Source: Thermodesulfobacteriota bacterium
Lineage (GTDB): Bacteria > Desulfobacterota > Binatia > Bin18
NCBI GenBank assembly: GCA_964291405.2
Contig: OZ219926.1
Span: 3,776,001 to 3,840,000, forward strand
DNA length: 64,000 nucleotides
Direction: 5' to 3'
In this document: one piece after another, positions 47,934-57,162 of the stretch
Position numbering within the stretch: the stretch's first letter is position 1
How the letters are laid out: each line of letters begins with the position of its first letter
Made by a program: the position numbers and the translations under genes
The notes under the pieces: generated by a model
What the model was told of the DNA's origin: nothing
What the model saw: only the letters and a program-made list of their open reading frames with translations
The model's database searches: none

Positions 47934-49400
47934 ATGGCATCCACACAAGAATATCTGGTGAGCTGTGGCACGACAAAGGTGCCGGCGCATCTGCCGGTTG
48001 ACCGGACCCGTATCCCGCCAGGACCGCCACCCTCTGTTGCTCCCTTGCCCGACGCGGCAGCCGCCTTTCGGGCCGCGGTCACGCAGCCGGTTGGCATGCC
48101 GGCCTTGGAGAAACTGGTCAAGCCGGGAGCAAAGGTCACCATTGGCATTCAGGACGGCCGGGCCACGCACTACCATCCCGACGACCAGGATTTGCGTATT
48201 CTCGGGCTGCCCATCTTACTCGATCTGTTAGGCCAGTACGGGGTCAAGCCCGAAGATATTCAGATCAAGGTTGCCAACGCGCTCCACCGCATGTGGACCC
48301 GCAAGGAGATGACCCACATCCTGGGCCCGAAGCTGCCCTACACGCTGGGGGGCCGCCTGGCCTGCATTGATGCGACCGACCCGGACCAGTTTGTTAATCT
48401 GGGTATGACCCGGCGAGGCATGGAGGTCATGGTTCACCGCTCGGTCGTTGAGTCCGATCTGTTCATCTTTATGTCCGTTCCCGGTGGATTCTTCCAGGGC
48501 GGCTGGAAGTCCATTCTGGTCGGGATGAGTAATTGGGAGTCCATCCGCTATCATCACCGCCCCTGGCCGTTTGCCTCGGGGCACTCGGTCCAGGACCCAA
48601 AAAACAGCTCCTTCCACAAGCTGCTGAATGAGATGGGGGCCCTGGTGGACGCCGAGCTGGAGCGTCGTGGCCACCCGCCCGTCATGAAGATAGAGGGTGT
48701 CCTGACCACAAGTAGCCCGCAGCGATTTGCGGCCATTGACGCCGGGCTGATCACCCCGGTGCGGGAAATGCATATTGATATGCTGCTCTCGCAACTCGTT
48801 ACTGACGTGGAAGGGCAGACGGATGTGCTGCTGATGGGGATGGGGGATGGGGACGGCTACTCGCGCCTGTCTGTGTTCAACCCTATTCACTGTCGCAACA
48901 AGGCGCTCTCCGGGTTGTTCAACGCCTATCACGAGAACCCCCTGGTCCGAAAAGGTGGGATGCTCATCGTGGCCAACCCCTTTGACCCTAAATTCAGTCT
49001 GCTCAACCATCCCTCGTACCACACCCTCTACGAGGAGGTGTTGCCTGCCATGCAGGACCCGGTGGAGGTGTGGGATACCTACTCCGAAGAGTACGCACAC
49101 CGCCCGGAGTTTGTTCACAAGTATCGCAACGGCTTTGCGTTCCACGGGGCGCACCCGTGTATTTTGTACGGGCAGGGCTTGTATGCGCTCAACCATCTGG
49201 GTGGTGTCCTGGCTGCGGGCGTACCCAAGGAAAACGAAGCGGTTGCCCGCCGGATGGGCTTTGAGCCGTTCCCGACCATTGAAGCCGCGCTGAGCGAGGC
49301 CGAAGCGCGGCTCGGCAAAGACTGTACGATTACCTATCACCAGCACCTGGAGGAGCACGGCTATTTCACGCGGGTGCATGTGAACGGTAATACTGCCTAG
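47934..49400 (+). CDS. Lactate racemase (LarA/DUF2088) domain protein
   Basis: P.GMP.L..L...G.KVTI..D, ANALHR, GG.KS...G, GG.LI; C-terminal TIE.AL..A. Confidence 0.75.
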   Translation: MASTQEYLVSCGTTKVPAHLPVDRTRIPPGPPPSVAPLPDAAAAFRAAVTQPVGMPALEKLVKPGAKVTIGIQDGRATHYHPDDQDLRILGLPILLDLLGQYGVKPEDIQIKVANALHRMWTRKEMTHILGPKLPYTLGGRLACIDATDPDQFVNLGMTRRGMEVMVHRSVVESDLFIFMSVPGGFFQGGWKSILVGMSNWESIRYHHRPWPFASGHSVQDPKNSSFHKLLNEMGALVDAELERRGHPPVMKIEGVLTTSSPQRFAAIDAGLITPVREMHIDMLLSQLVTDVEGQTDVLLMGMGDGDGYSRLSVFNPIHCRNKALSGLFNAYHENPLVRKGGMLIVANPFDPKFSLLNHPSYHTLYEEVLPAMQDPVEVWDTYSEEYAHRPEFVHKYRNGFAFHGAHPCILYGQGLYALNHLGGVLAAGVPKENEAVARRMGFEPFPTIEAALSEAEARLGKDCTITYHQHLEEHGYFTRVHVNGNTA

Positions 49401-49551
49401 AGCAAAATTCACATTAGTGTAGCGTCCAACGGCCTCCACGCGTTTCCCGATACGTAGGGTGCGCCCTGCGCACCAGTAAAGGTGGTGCATGGGATGCACC
49501 CTACGGAACTCTGGAGAGCACCTCGCTACACCACGGAGGAAACTGCTCTAG
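49397..49551. mobile_element. CTAG-bounded MITE containing an internal REP pair (copy 2)
   Basis: CTAGAGCA...TGCTCTAG; left CTAG overlaps the TAG stop of the LarA-like gene; matches 32481-32636. Confidence 0.8.
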
Positions 49552-49626
49552 CCCTGGAGCGCTTCCCCGACCCGGAATGGTCCGATAGTTCCTGGTGTGC
49601 CGGTCGCTGAGTTGTTTCTCGGCTGC

Positions 49627-50760
49627 TCAGTCCAGCTCTATCCCGTACAGCTTTGCGGCGTTGTCGTACACAATCTTGCGCGTGATATGGGCCGGAACGT
49701 TGGCAAAGTCTCGTTCAATGACTTTGCGTGAATGGGGCCAGGTAGTGTCTGTGTGCGGAAAATCGGACGCCCACATACAGTTATCCTCGCCAAAGACTGC
49801 GGCGTTTGTGGCGCCGATCGGGTCGTCCTGAAAGGTTGCCCAGACCTGGCGGCGGACATATTCGCTCGGTTTCATGGGGAGCGGATGTTCCACCATTACC
49901 CCAAACTTCTCATAGGTATGGTCCAGGCGCTGGACATAATGAGCCAGCCAGCCGATATCGCTTTCCGCAGAAACAATTTTGAGTCCGGGAAAACGGGCCA
50001 AAACCCCGCCGAAGATGAGACTGGTCAGAGACTTTTGGACTTCGTGAATGAGGTGCACAAACCGCATGGCCGTCTGGTTGACCCAGCCGCTTGAGCCGCG
50101 ATCCATGACCACGCGAGTGTTATTGTCCCGGCTGGTCACGACATGCAGGGAGAGTGGTATATGCAGTTCTTGCGCCGCAGTCCAGAACGGATCGTAAACC
50201 GGACTATAATACGGCCGGTCTTCGGGCGGAGCGCCCCAGATCATCCCGCCGCTGAGGCCCAATTTTGCCGCACGTTCGAGCTCTTTGACTGCGGCCGGGA
50301 TATCCTCAAGCGAGATCAGCGCCACGGGATAGAGCCGTTTGGGATCGTGCGACTGAAACTCCGCCACCCAGTCGTTATAGACCCGAAAACATGCCTGCTG
50401 GAGTTCGGCGTCTGCGAGCTGGAACAGGGCCAGACCCAGGGTAGTGTAGATCACCTCAGCCCGGACCCCGTCGATATCCTGATCCTTGATGCGCTCGACC
50501 GGGTCCCAGCCGCTGGGCCGGGCCGCTTCATAACCACGGGTGAGATGTTTCTTGAGCTCTTCGCCACTGCGCCCCGTAGAAAATCCGCCCGCCACAGGGA
50601 AGGGTGTGATACCGGGGGCTGTGAAAAAATGTCCGGGTTTTTCTTTATTCTCGACCACCCGCGGGGCGCGGTCCCGAAACTGTTGATCGAGCCGGGTGGT
50701 CCACAGATCGGGCGGCTCTGTCATATGCGAATCAGCAGAAATCACACGCAGCGGTTCCAT
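49627..50760 (-). CDS. Amidohydrolase 2 family protein
   Basis: ISADSH, PLSLH, SAESDIGW, WASDFPH. Confidence 0.9.
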   Translation of the reverse strand: MEPLRVISADSHMTEPPDLWTTRLDQQFRDRAPRVVENKEKPGHFFTAPGITPFPVAGGFSTGRSGEELKKHLTRGYEAARPSGWDPVERIKDQDIDGVRAEVIYTTLGLALFQLADAELQQACFRVYNDWVAEFQSHDPKRLYPVALISLEDIPAAVKELERAAKLGLSGGMIWGAPPEDRPYYSPVYDPFWTAAQELHIPLSLHVVTSRDNNTRVVMDRGSSGWVNQTAMRFVHLIHEVQKSLTSLIFGGVLARFPGLKIVSAESDIGWLAHYVQRLDHTYEKFGVMVEHPLPMKPSEYVRRQVWATFQDDPIGATNAAVFGEDNCMWASDFPHTDTTWPHSRKVIERDFANVPAHITRKIVYDNAAKLYGIELD

Positions 50761-50877
50761 CTCTCCCCCTGTGTCTGGTCATTTGTGGACGGTAATCCCG
50801 TACACTGACCGAGCAACGCCTAGCATTTTCGCTTCCGGCATGTCAAATCATGCGGTGTAAGATGTTGATGACAGGAG

Positions 50878-51468
50878 GTGGCCCCTATGAGTCGTTCGAC
50901 GGTGATGCGTGGGAAGAGAAGAATCGTGCTGATAACACTGACAACCGCTATCGTACTCAGTTGGGCTCTGGGTTCGGGTGTTGCTGCGGAGCCGACCAGC
51001 CGGTTGCAGGACGAGGCGGACATTCGCAACCTTACTATCTGTTATGCTCACGGAACGGACGCCATCGGACGGGGTGATGTGGCGGCAGGGAGGGCGATCT
51101 ACCAGCCGTGCTTTACAAAGGACGCGACCTTCTCGGTTGTCTTTCCAAACGGACAAATCGAGGAAAGGACCGGCTCAGACGCCTGGGCGGATTTTGTGGC
51201 GTCGGTCTTTCAGGGTGCTGGCTATACGAGTACGCAACATCTGCTCGGAACCATCAGTATTGAGGTGCAAGACAAGAGCGCCACGATGAGCACCTATCTG
51301 CACGCAACCCATGTGCTGCCAAACGGCAGCATGGATATTGCGAATGGCACCTATGAAGACACCGTGGTGAAAACCGAAGAGGGCTGGCGCATTCAGAGCC
51401 GTAAGCTCACCCTCATTACCTTTCTGAACCTTGCGCCGACGGCACCACATCCGAGGAGTGAAGAATAA
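50878..51468 (+). CDS. Secreted NTF2/SnoaL_4 protein
   Basis: Signal peptide; DE..I..L...YA...D, TQHL.G, G.Y.D......GWRI..R; start uncertain (50887 or 50905 possible). Confidence 0.75.
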   Translation: MAPMSRSTVMRGKRRIVLITLTTAIVLSWALGSGVAAEPTSRLQDEADIRNLTICYAHGTDAIGRGDVAAGRAIYQPCFTKDATFSVVFPNGQIEERTGSDAWADFVASVFQGAGYTSTQHLLGTISIEVQDKSATMSTYLHATHVLPNGSMDIANGTYEDTVVKTEEGWRIQSRKLTLITFLNLAPTAPHPRSEE

Positions 51469-51484
51469 TAGACTTCCCCTCCGG

Positions 51485-53539
51485 TCAGAATAATCCCGGA
51501 TGAAAGGTCCCGCTGGTATCCTCAGCCGTGCATAGAGCATCGGACACGATATCTCCAGTGTCCGCGCAGCATACGTCCGTCGGACCGCAGGTAAAGCCGT
51601 CAAACAAGATGCGGGCGGCCCCATCCTGGCCCTGAAGCGAAGGGTGGAAACAGTCGCAGCACGAGATCTGGTCGCTCGTAAACTTGTACATCCAAGAAGC
51701 ATTGCTGAAGCTGAGGGAAGTTCCGGCCGCCTTGACTGTCCCGCCAACCGTCTCGCCACCCACTGTCGCCACAGGAGAGGATTCCCCCTCAGCCAGGGCG
51801 GCGTACTCCGAAGAGACGCGCGCCATAATGTCACGATAGGCCCGCGCTGTTTCGTAACCATCTTTAAGGCGTTCGTCCGAGCAGTCTTTCGTAATAGACC
51901 CGCAGATACCAGTAGGGCGTACGCGAGCAAACCGATCCCACAGTGATTCGCAGCTTCCGCCAACAAGGGAACAGTTCGTTTTGTTCGCGTGGTTACACAA
52001 TTGGGTTACCCGCACGGGTGCGGCAATACCGATTTTCAATTCTGGGACGGTAATCAAAACATCGAGCCCCCTGCGAAACTCGCGCTCAAACGCCGCCTCC
52101 GTGGTTCGGCAGTGGTTCATCGGGTCCTGATCGTCTCCTTCTTCACAGTCGGCTTGAATACGCTCAATAGTTCCGCTGCAAATATCGTTATGGCCCATCT
52201 CGACCGCGACATAACGTGGAGCGGCCGGCGGCTCCATCCCGAAAAGCGCGGCTGATTCCTGTGCCTGGGCGAAAAAATCCTTGAGCATCTCGGCACCGGA
52301 TTCCGCGCTATTGGGGTCGGCATTCACAATCATGGCACCCTGCCGACATTCGATCCGCTCCGCCTGGCTATAGACCCCGTCCCCACCGTCGCCGCAAAAC
52401 GTACCATCCTGGGTGATGCTGGTTGCCCAGTTGAGGTTCTCCTGGTCTAGATTAGTACACTTCCCGACTCCCCCGGCGTTCACTGCCTTGCTGATGCTGT
52501 CCCCGATAGCGTCGATGGAGGCAATCCGGGGTCCGAGATTATCGAGCCGGGCAATCGTGAAGTTCTGGAGAGACTGTTGCCAGGCGACAATGAGGTCCGT
52601 TCCGTCCTCGGGAAAATCCTCCAGTCGGGCGTGTTTGCCAACGTCTTCCAGGAATTCTGTATCGAAGGTGGTGACCGTGAAGGTGGCACTGCCAAACTCC
52701 ACCCCGTCGGCCCGGGCGCTGACCGTATGGACGCCGTCGTCTAGCCGATTCCAGTTGAACAAGAGCCCAAAGCCGTTGTCGGTGTCCCCGCAGAGGACTT
52801 CCCCCTCCTGCGTATACTCCGTGTCCTCGCGGGTGGTCTTATAGCCGGCCCGCCAGGTCTCTTCCGTGGCGGTGCCGGGATTAAAGACAATATCAATCTG
52901 CTCGGCGTCACACACCCAGCCGGAAATCACGCCTACACCACTCTGAAACGAGCCCGGTTGTGGGTTCTCCAGAATATGCGGTGGCGCACCGCTCGTCCCA
53001 CCGCTACTCCTCATATCCCCCTGAATCACAAAGTTCTGGAGAGACTTTTGCCAGGCGAGGGTGACATCGACATTACGCCCATTCACCGGAAAATCTTCCA
53101 CGACAAACTCTCCGCTTACGTCATCCCGGAAGTCTTTCCCCAAGGTGGTGACCGTAAAGGTGGCCCGGCCGAACTCCACCCCGTCGGCCCGCGCACTAAC
53201 CGTATGCTGGCCATCGCCTAGCCGATTCCAGTTGAACAGCAAGCCAAAGCCGTTGTCGGTGTCGTTGCAGACACTCTCAGTGTCTTCACGGGTGGTCCGA
53301 TAACCGGCCCGCCAGGTCTCTCCCTCGCCGGTGTCGGGATTAGGATTAAAGACAATGTCAATCCGCTCGGCGTCACACACCCAGCCGGAAATCACGCCTA
53401 CACCACTCTGAAACGAGCCTGGTTGTGGGTTCTCGAAAACCGACTGCGCTCGGAGTGATTGAGGGAAGGACAAGCCGCCGATAAAGGTGACGAAGAGTGC
53501 AAGAACGAGTGTAATTTTCATGACTATGCCTCGTAGCAT
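51485..53539 (-). CDS. Secreted SGNH/GDSL hydrolase with two N-terminal ENPxxxSFQSG modules
   Basis: Signal peptide (start may be 53521); blocks GDSI, SGA, GHND, DCFHP; Cys-rich. Confidence 0.8.
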   Translation of the reverse strand: MLRGIVMKITLVLALFVTFIGGLSFPQSLRAQSVFENPQPGSFQSGVGVISGWVCDAERIDIVFNPNPDTGEGETWRAGYRTTREDTESVCNDTDNGFGLLFNWNRLGDGQHTVSARADGVEFGRATFTVTTLGKDFRDDVSGEFVVEDFPVNGRNVDVTLAWQKSLQNFVIQGDMRSSGGTSGAPPHILENPQPGSFQSGVGVISGWVCDAEQIDIVFNPGTATEETWRAGYKTTREDTEYTQEGEVLCGDTDNGFGLLFNWNRLDDGVHTVSARADGVEFGSATFTVTTFDTEFLEDVGKHARLEDFPEDGTDLIVAWQQSLQNFTIARLDNLGPRIASIDAIGDSISKAVNAGGVGKCTNLDQENLNWATSITQDGTFCGDGGDGVYSQAERIECRQGAMIVNADPNSAESGAEMLKDFFAQAQESAALFGMEPPAAPRYVAVEMGHNDICSGTIERIQADCEEGDDQDPMNHCRTTEAAFEREFRRGLDVLITVPELKIGIAAPVRVTQLCNHANKTNCSLVGGSCESLWDRFARVRPTGICGSITKDCSDERLKDGYETARAYRDIMARVSSEYAALAEGESSPVATVGGETVGGTVKAAGTSLSFSNASWMYKFTSDQISCCDCFHPSLQGQDGAARILFDGFTCGPTDVCCADTGDIVSDALCTAEDTSGTFHPGLF

Positions 53540-53640
53540 TCCTCCGACAGGTTGACAAATACTTGGCAGGGGTATCCCATGGCCGGCTATAGTAAGAAAA
53601 GCCTTTCAGATGGGTAACCGTTCCAGAAGAAGGAGGGAGA

Positions 53641-55353
53641 ATGCAGTACGATCTGATTATTAAAAATGGGACCGTCGTTGATGGCTCGGGCATGCCCCGG
53701 TTCCGTGCCGACGTGGGTATCGTGGATGGAAAAATCGCCTCTATTGGCCGTGTTCGCGACGGGGCGCAAGAGACGATCGACGCCGAAGGTCACGTCGTCA
53801 CTCCCGGCTTTATTGATGGCCACACCCATATGGACGCCCAGGTCTCCTGGGACCCGCTTGGAACGTGTTCCTGCTGGCACGGCATTACCAGCGTGGTGAT
53901 GGGGAACTGCGGATTTTCGCTCGCGCCGTGTAAGGAGAGCGAAAAGGACATGGTCATGCGCAACCTGGAGCGGGCCGAAGATATCGCGCCCGAGGCCATG
54001 AACGCCGGCATCAAATGGACCTGGGAGACCTTTCCCGAGTATCTGGATTCGGTCGAGCGGATGCCCAAAGGCATCAACTATGCCGCCTATATGGGGCATT
54101 CCGCCCTGCGTACCCACGTGATGGGCGAGCGTGCCTTTACCGACCCGGCCACCGATCAGGACTTGGAGCAGATGAAACAGGCGGTGCGCGAAGCGATTCA
54201 GGCCGGCGCGATGGGGTTCACCACCTCGCGCACCCGTAACCACCAGACGCCGCAGCGCCAGCCGGTGGCCAGCCGGCTGGCCACCTGGGACGAGGTCCGG
54301 CAGTTGGTTGGTACCATGGGCGAGATGGGGGCCGGCATCTTTGAAATCGCCGGAGAAGACACCGGTCAGAACCCGGAGCGCATCCGTGAATACATGGACC
54401 GCCTCAAGGCTTTGGCGGTCGATACCGGAGTCCCGGTGACCTACGGCATGTTCAGTATGCGCCGGGCGCCGGACTGCTGGCAGCCCTATCTCGATTTAAC
54501 CGACGAGACCGCGGCTGCGGGTGGCCGCATGTTCCTTCAGGTGCACAGCCGCGCGCTGAATGCGGTCCTGTCCTTCCAGACCAATACGCCCTTCGACCGG
54601 TTGCCGAGCTGGCGTGCACTCAAGAAGATGAAGTCGCTCGAAGAGAAGGAAGCGGCCCTGCGGAACCCCGACTACCGGCGCAAACTGGTTGAAGAGGCTC
54701 ACACGCAAGAAGACGATGGCAACCGGGGAGTCGGGCCTGAAGCGCGGGCGGCGAATTTCAAATGGCTGTTCTTGATGGACAAGCCCAATCCGCCCCACCG
54801 CTCCATCGAAGAGATCGCCACAGAGCGGAACCAGGACCCGGTCGAGACCTTTATTGATCTGGCCCTGGAGAAAAACCTCAAGCAATTCTTCCTGCAACCC
54901 CTGGCCAACGAGAACCAGGAGCATGTGCTGGAGATGATGCGGCACCCGCGTTCCGTGATCACCTTCTCCGACTCCGGCGCCCACGTATCCCAGATTATGG
55001 ACTCTTCCTTACAGACCCATCTGCTGAGCCATTGGGTGCGCGAGCAGCAAGTCATCACCCTCGAAGACGCGGTCCGGCAGCTCACCTTCGTGCCGGCTTC
55101 CCAGTGGGGGTTGCACGGACGCGGCCTGCTGCGCGAGGGGATGACCGCGGACGTCGTAGTCTTCAATCCAGAAACGGTCGGGCCGATGATGCCGGAGTTG
55201 ACCTACGATCTACCCGCAGGTGCGCGACGGCTCAAACAGAAAGCCGCGGGCTTTCTGGCTTCGGTTGTCAATGGCCAAGTGGTCCTGCGCGAAAACGAGC
55301 ATACCGACGCGCTGCCCGGACAGTTGTTGCGTGGGCCGTTGGCTCAACGTTAA
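53641..55353 (+). CDS. N-acyl-D-amino-acid deacylase-like amidohydrolase (paralog of 7312-9021)
   Basis: PGFIDGHTHMD, GNCG, SDSGAH; colinear with the first copy. Confidence 0.9.
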   Translation: MQYDLIIKNGTVVDGSGMPRFRADVGIVDGKIASIGRVRDGAQETIDAEGHVVTPGFIDGHTHMDAQVSWDPLGTCSCWHGITSVVMGNCGFSLAPCKESEKDMVMRNLERAEDIAPEAMNAGIKWTWETFPEYLDSVERMPKGINYAAYMGHSALRTHVMGERAFTDPATDQDLEQMKQAVREAIQAGAMGFTTSRTRNHQTPQRQPVASRLATWDEVRQLVGTMGEMGAGIFEIAGEDTGQNPERIREYMDRLKALAVDTGVPVTYGMFSMRRAPDCWQPYLDLTDETAAAGGRMFLQVHSRALNAVLSFQTNTPFDRLPSWRALKKMKSLEEKEAALRNPDYRRKLVEEAHTQEDDGNRGVGPEARAANFKWLFLMDKPNPPHRSIEEIATERNQDPVETFIDLALEKNLKQFFLQPLANENQEHVLEMMRHPRSVITFSDSGAHVSQIMDSSLQTHLLSHWVREQQVITLEDAVRQLTFVPASQWGLHGRGLLREGMTADVVVFNPETVGPMMPELTYDLPAGARRLKQKAAGFLASVVNGQVVLRENEHTDALPGQLLRGPLAQR

Positions 55354-55374
55354 GCGTCGGATTTTTGACTTTCC

Positions 55375-55410
55375 ATACGGGCGGATGTGAGCGATCATGT
55401 CCGCCCGTGT
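55375..55410. terminator. Hairpin between convergent genes
   Basis: ATACGGGCGGATGTGA-gcga-TCATGTCCGCCCGTGT. Confidence 0.55.
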
Positions 55411-55414
55411 GTTA

Positions 55415-56128
55415 TTATCCCGGCAGCGCCCGGCACTCCTGACCGCCATGGAGCTGCGGGTCAAGCCCGACGGTCTCTCCGGCCACCTGTCCGGCGGCAT
55501 AGCCCTCGGGGTCAACTTTCAGCGAGCGTGGTGTGCCGGACAGCTTGCGAATGCGCGTCCCTTGGCCAGCCAGATAGGTATAGACCTCGTCGCGATAGTT
55601 TTTCCGTACCGCGGGCAAGGTGGTCTTGGCTGCGGCCGGCTCTCGTTCGGCGATCAGGGCTTTGATTTTATCGGTGATAGACTGGGCACAGCCATAGGCA
55701 AAGGAGTCCAGAAAACGCCGCCCCTTGCCGTAATGCTCCTTGCGTAAGCGCTGGACGGTATGAATCAGATAGCCCAGCATTTCTTTGGCAACAACGACGT
55801 TATGGGAGCGACCGATAATAAACGACCGGCCCACGGACAGGGTCGAACAGCAGAAATACAGTTTGCAAGTCGCGAGCCAGAGCAGCCGTTCCCACGGGAG
55901 CAGGCGGCTCGTCTTCCAGCCCTCGACCCGCATGGCCTGTTCGCTCTGCCCGCCCTGGGCCTCAACCTCTGTCAACGAGAGATTATACGTGGCAAGGAGC
56001 TGATGAACCTTGGCCGCCGCCAGGGCCGCTTCGTGTTCGGTTGCGGCCTCATCGCGGCTGAGTTGGAGCAGTTTTTGAATTTTATGGATGAGGGAATCCG
56101 GAGCAACGAGATCGATTGCGGTGTCCAT
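55415..56128 (-). CDS. DUF2786 domain protein
   Basis: KIQKLL.L......EHEAALA..K...L...YNL; SF..G; C-terminal GY.AG...G..V.L. Confidence 0.85.
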   Translation of the reverse strand: MDTAIDLVAPDSLIHKIQKLLQLSRDEAATEHEAALAAAKVHQLLATYNLSLTEVEAQGGQSEQAMRVEGWKTSRLLPWERLLWLATCKLYFCCSTLSVGRSFIIGRSHNVVVAKEMLGYLIHTVQRLRKEHYGKGRRFLDSFAYGCAQSITDKIKALIAEREPAAAKTTLPAVRKNYRDEVYTYLAGQGTRIRKLSGTPRSLKVDPEGYAAGQVAGETVGLDPQLHGGQECRALPG

Positions 56129-56193
56129 TCCTACCTATTCTACTGGGCACCCTAAGAAAACACTAGGCCGTCTTGTCGCTATCAGTGCCGTGC

Positions 56194-56988
56194 TCAGCTC
56201 CCAAGCTGACCGATGCCCCAGCGGATACCGCGCCTGAGTAGTTCATAGTAGACCGGTGACTCCCACGAACAGCGCTCAATAGAGCAGACCGGCATAAAGG
56301 GCTGCATGTCATATTTCCCCCGACAGTGACCGAGCGTCAGATAGAGAACTTCACCCTGACCGTAGGGGTGTAGATAGAGCTGGGGACGTGGGTCGTCATT
56401 GCCCAGGTCTTCGCGGACATAGCCCTCCGACTTGGCGTTATAGCGCGACTCCAGCAGCGTGTGGATTTCTCCATAGAATTCGCAATAATACGGCTCATCC
56501 ATGACCTCGAAGGGTTGAATGTCGCGGACGAGCGGATGGCTGGGGTCGGCGACCGTGACGTGAATAGGCTGAATGGGCGGATGCGACACAAAATGGTTGC
56601 CCAGCATGTCAGACAAGGCCGGTGCTTTCCGTGGCGTATCAACTTTGCCCGGAATCACAATCCCGTCGGTCTCCAGGCTTTGGCCGACAAACTCCAGCAG
56701 CGCACTCGTGCCGTGCAGGGCAAACCAGCGCCCGCCGCTGCTGAGAAATTGCTTGAGACCCTCCTGTTGCTCCGGGGTCGGACACACGTCGCAGGTATAG
56801 GTGACGAGAAGCTTAGATTGCCGGATGGCGTCATGATCGCGGTAATCTTCGGCGACCCGGATAACCACGTCCTCGTGTTCGGCCAGAAGCTTGAGCAATT
56901 CAAGTCGAGCAAAATTGGTGTCGTGATATTTGGCGTTACAGATGAGATAGACATCAATACGGGCATCTCCAGGACTATTTTCTGCCAT
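56194..56988 (-). CDS. ThuA-like (class I glutamine-amidotransferase fold) protein
   Basis: F...GG...ALHG, F..HP, HPL.......F...DE.Y, G.G.V.Y..LGH. Confidence 0.8.
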   Translation of the reverse strand: MAENSPGDARIDVYLICNAKYHDTNFARLELLKLLAEHEDVVIRVAEDYRDHDAIRQSKLLVTYTCDVCPTPEQQEGLKQFLSSGGRWFALHGTSALLEFVGQSLETDGIVIPGKVDTPRKAPALSDMLGNHFVSHPPIQPIHVTVADPSHPLVRDIQPFEVMDEPYYCEFYGEIHTLLESRYNAKSEGYVREDLGNDDPRPQLYLHPYGQGEVLYLTLGHCRGKYDMQPFMPVCSIERCSWESPVYYELLRRGIRWGIGQLGS

Positions 56989-57162
56989 AGCGATCTCCTC
57001 TGGCTGGTATAACCTTGGCTCCATTATCCAGTTCGTCGGCCAGAAAGATATCCTGGAGCGCTATGCCGGGAAAGAGACTGCCCGCATACATCTTTGCACC
57101 TGAGCCTGAGGGTGCTATGCCGTCAGTATTGAAAAATACTCTCAGCACTCAGGAGGGGAATT

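Noticed and set aside
48228-49499. Long antisense/alternate-frame ORFs (e.g. 48228-49499, 59870-61162, 32661-33899, 22913-24037, 6212-7183) and short ORFs over the MITEs
   Set aside because: They are shadows of well-supported genes in high-GC DNA or run through repeats, and have no recognisable motifs.
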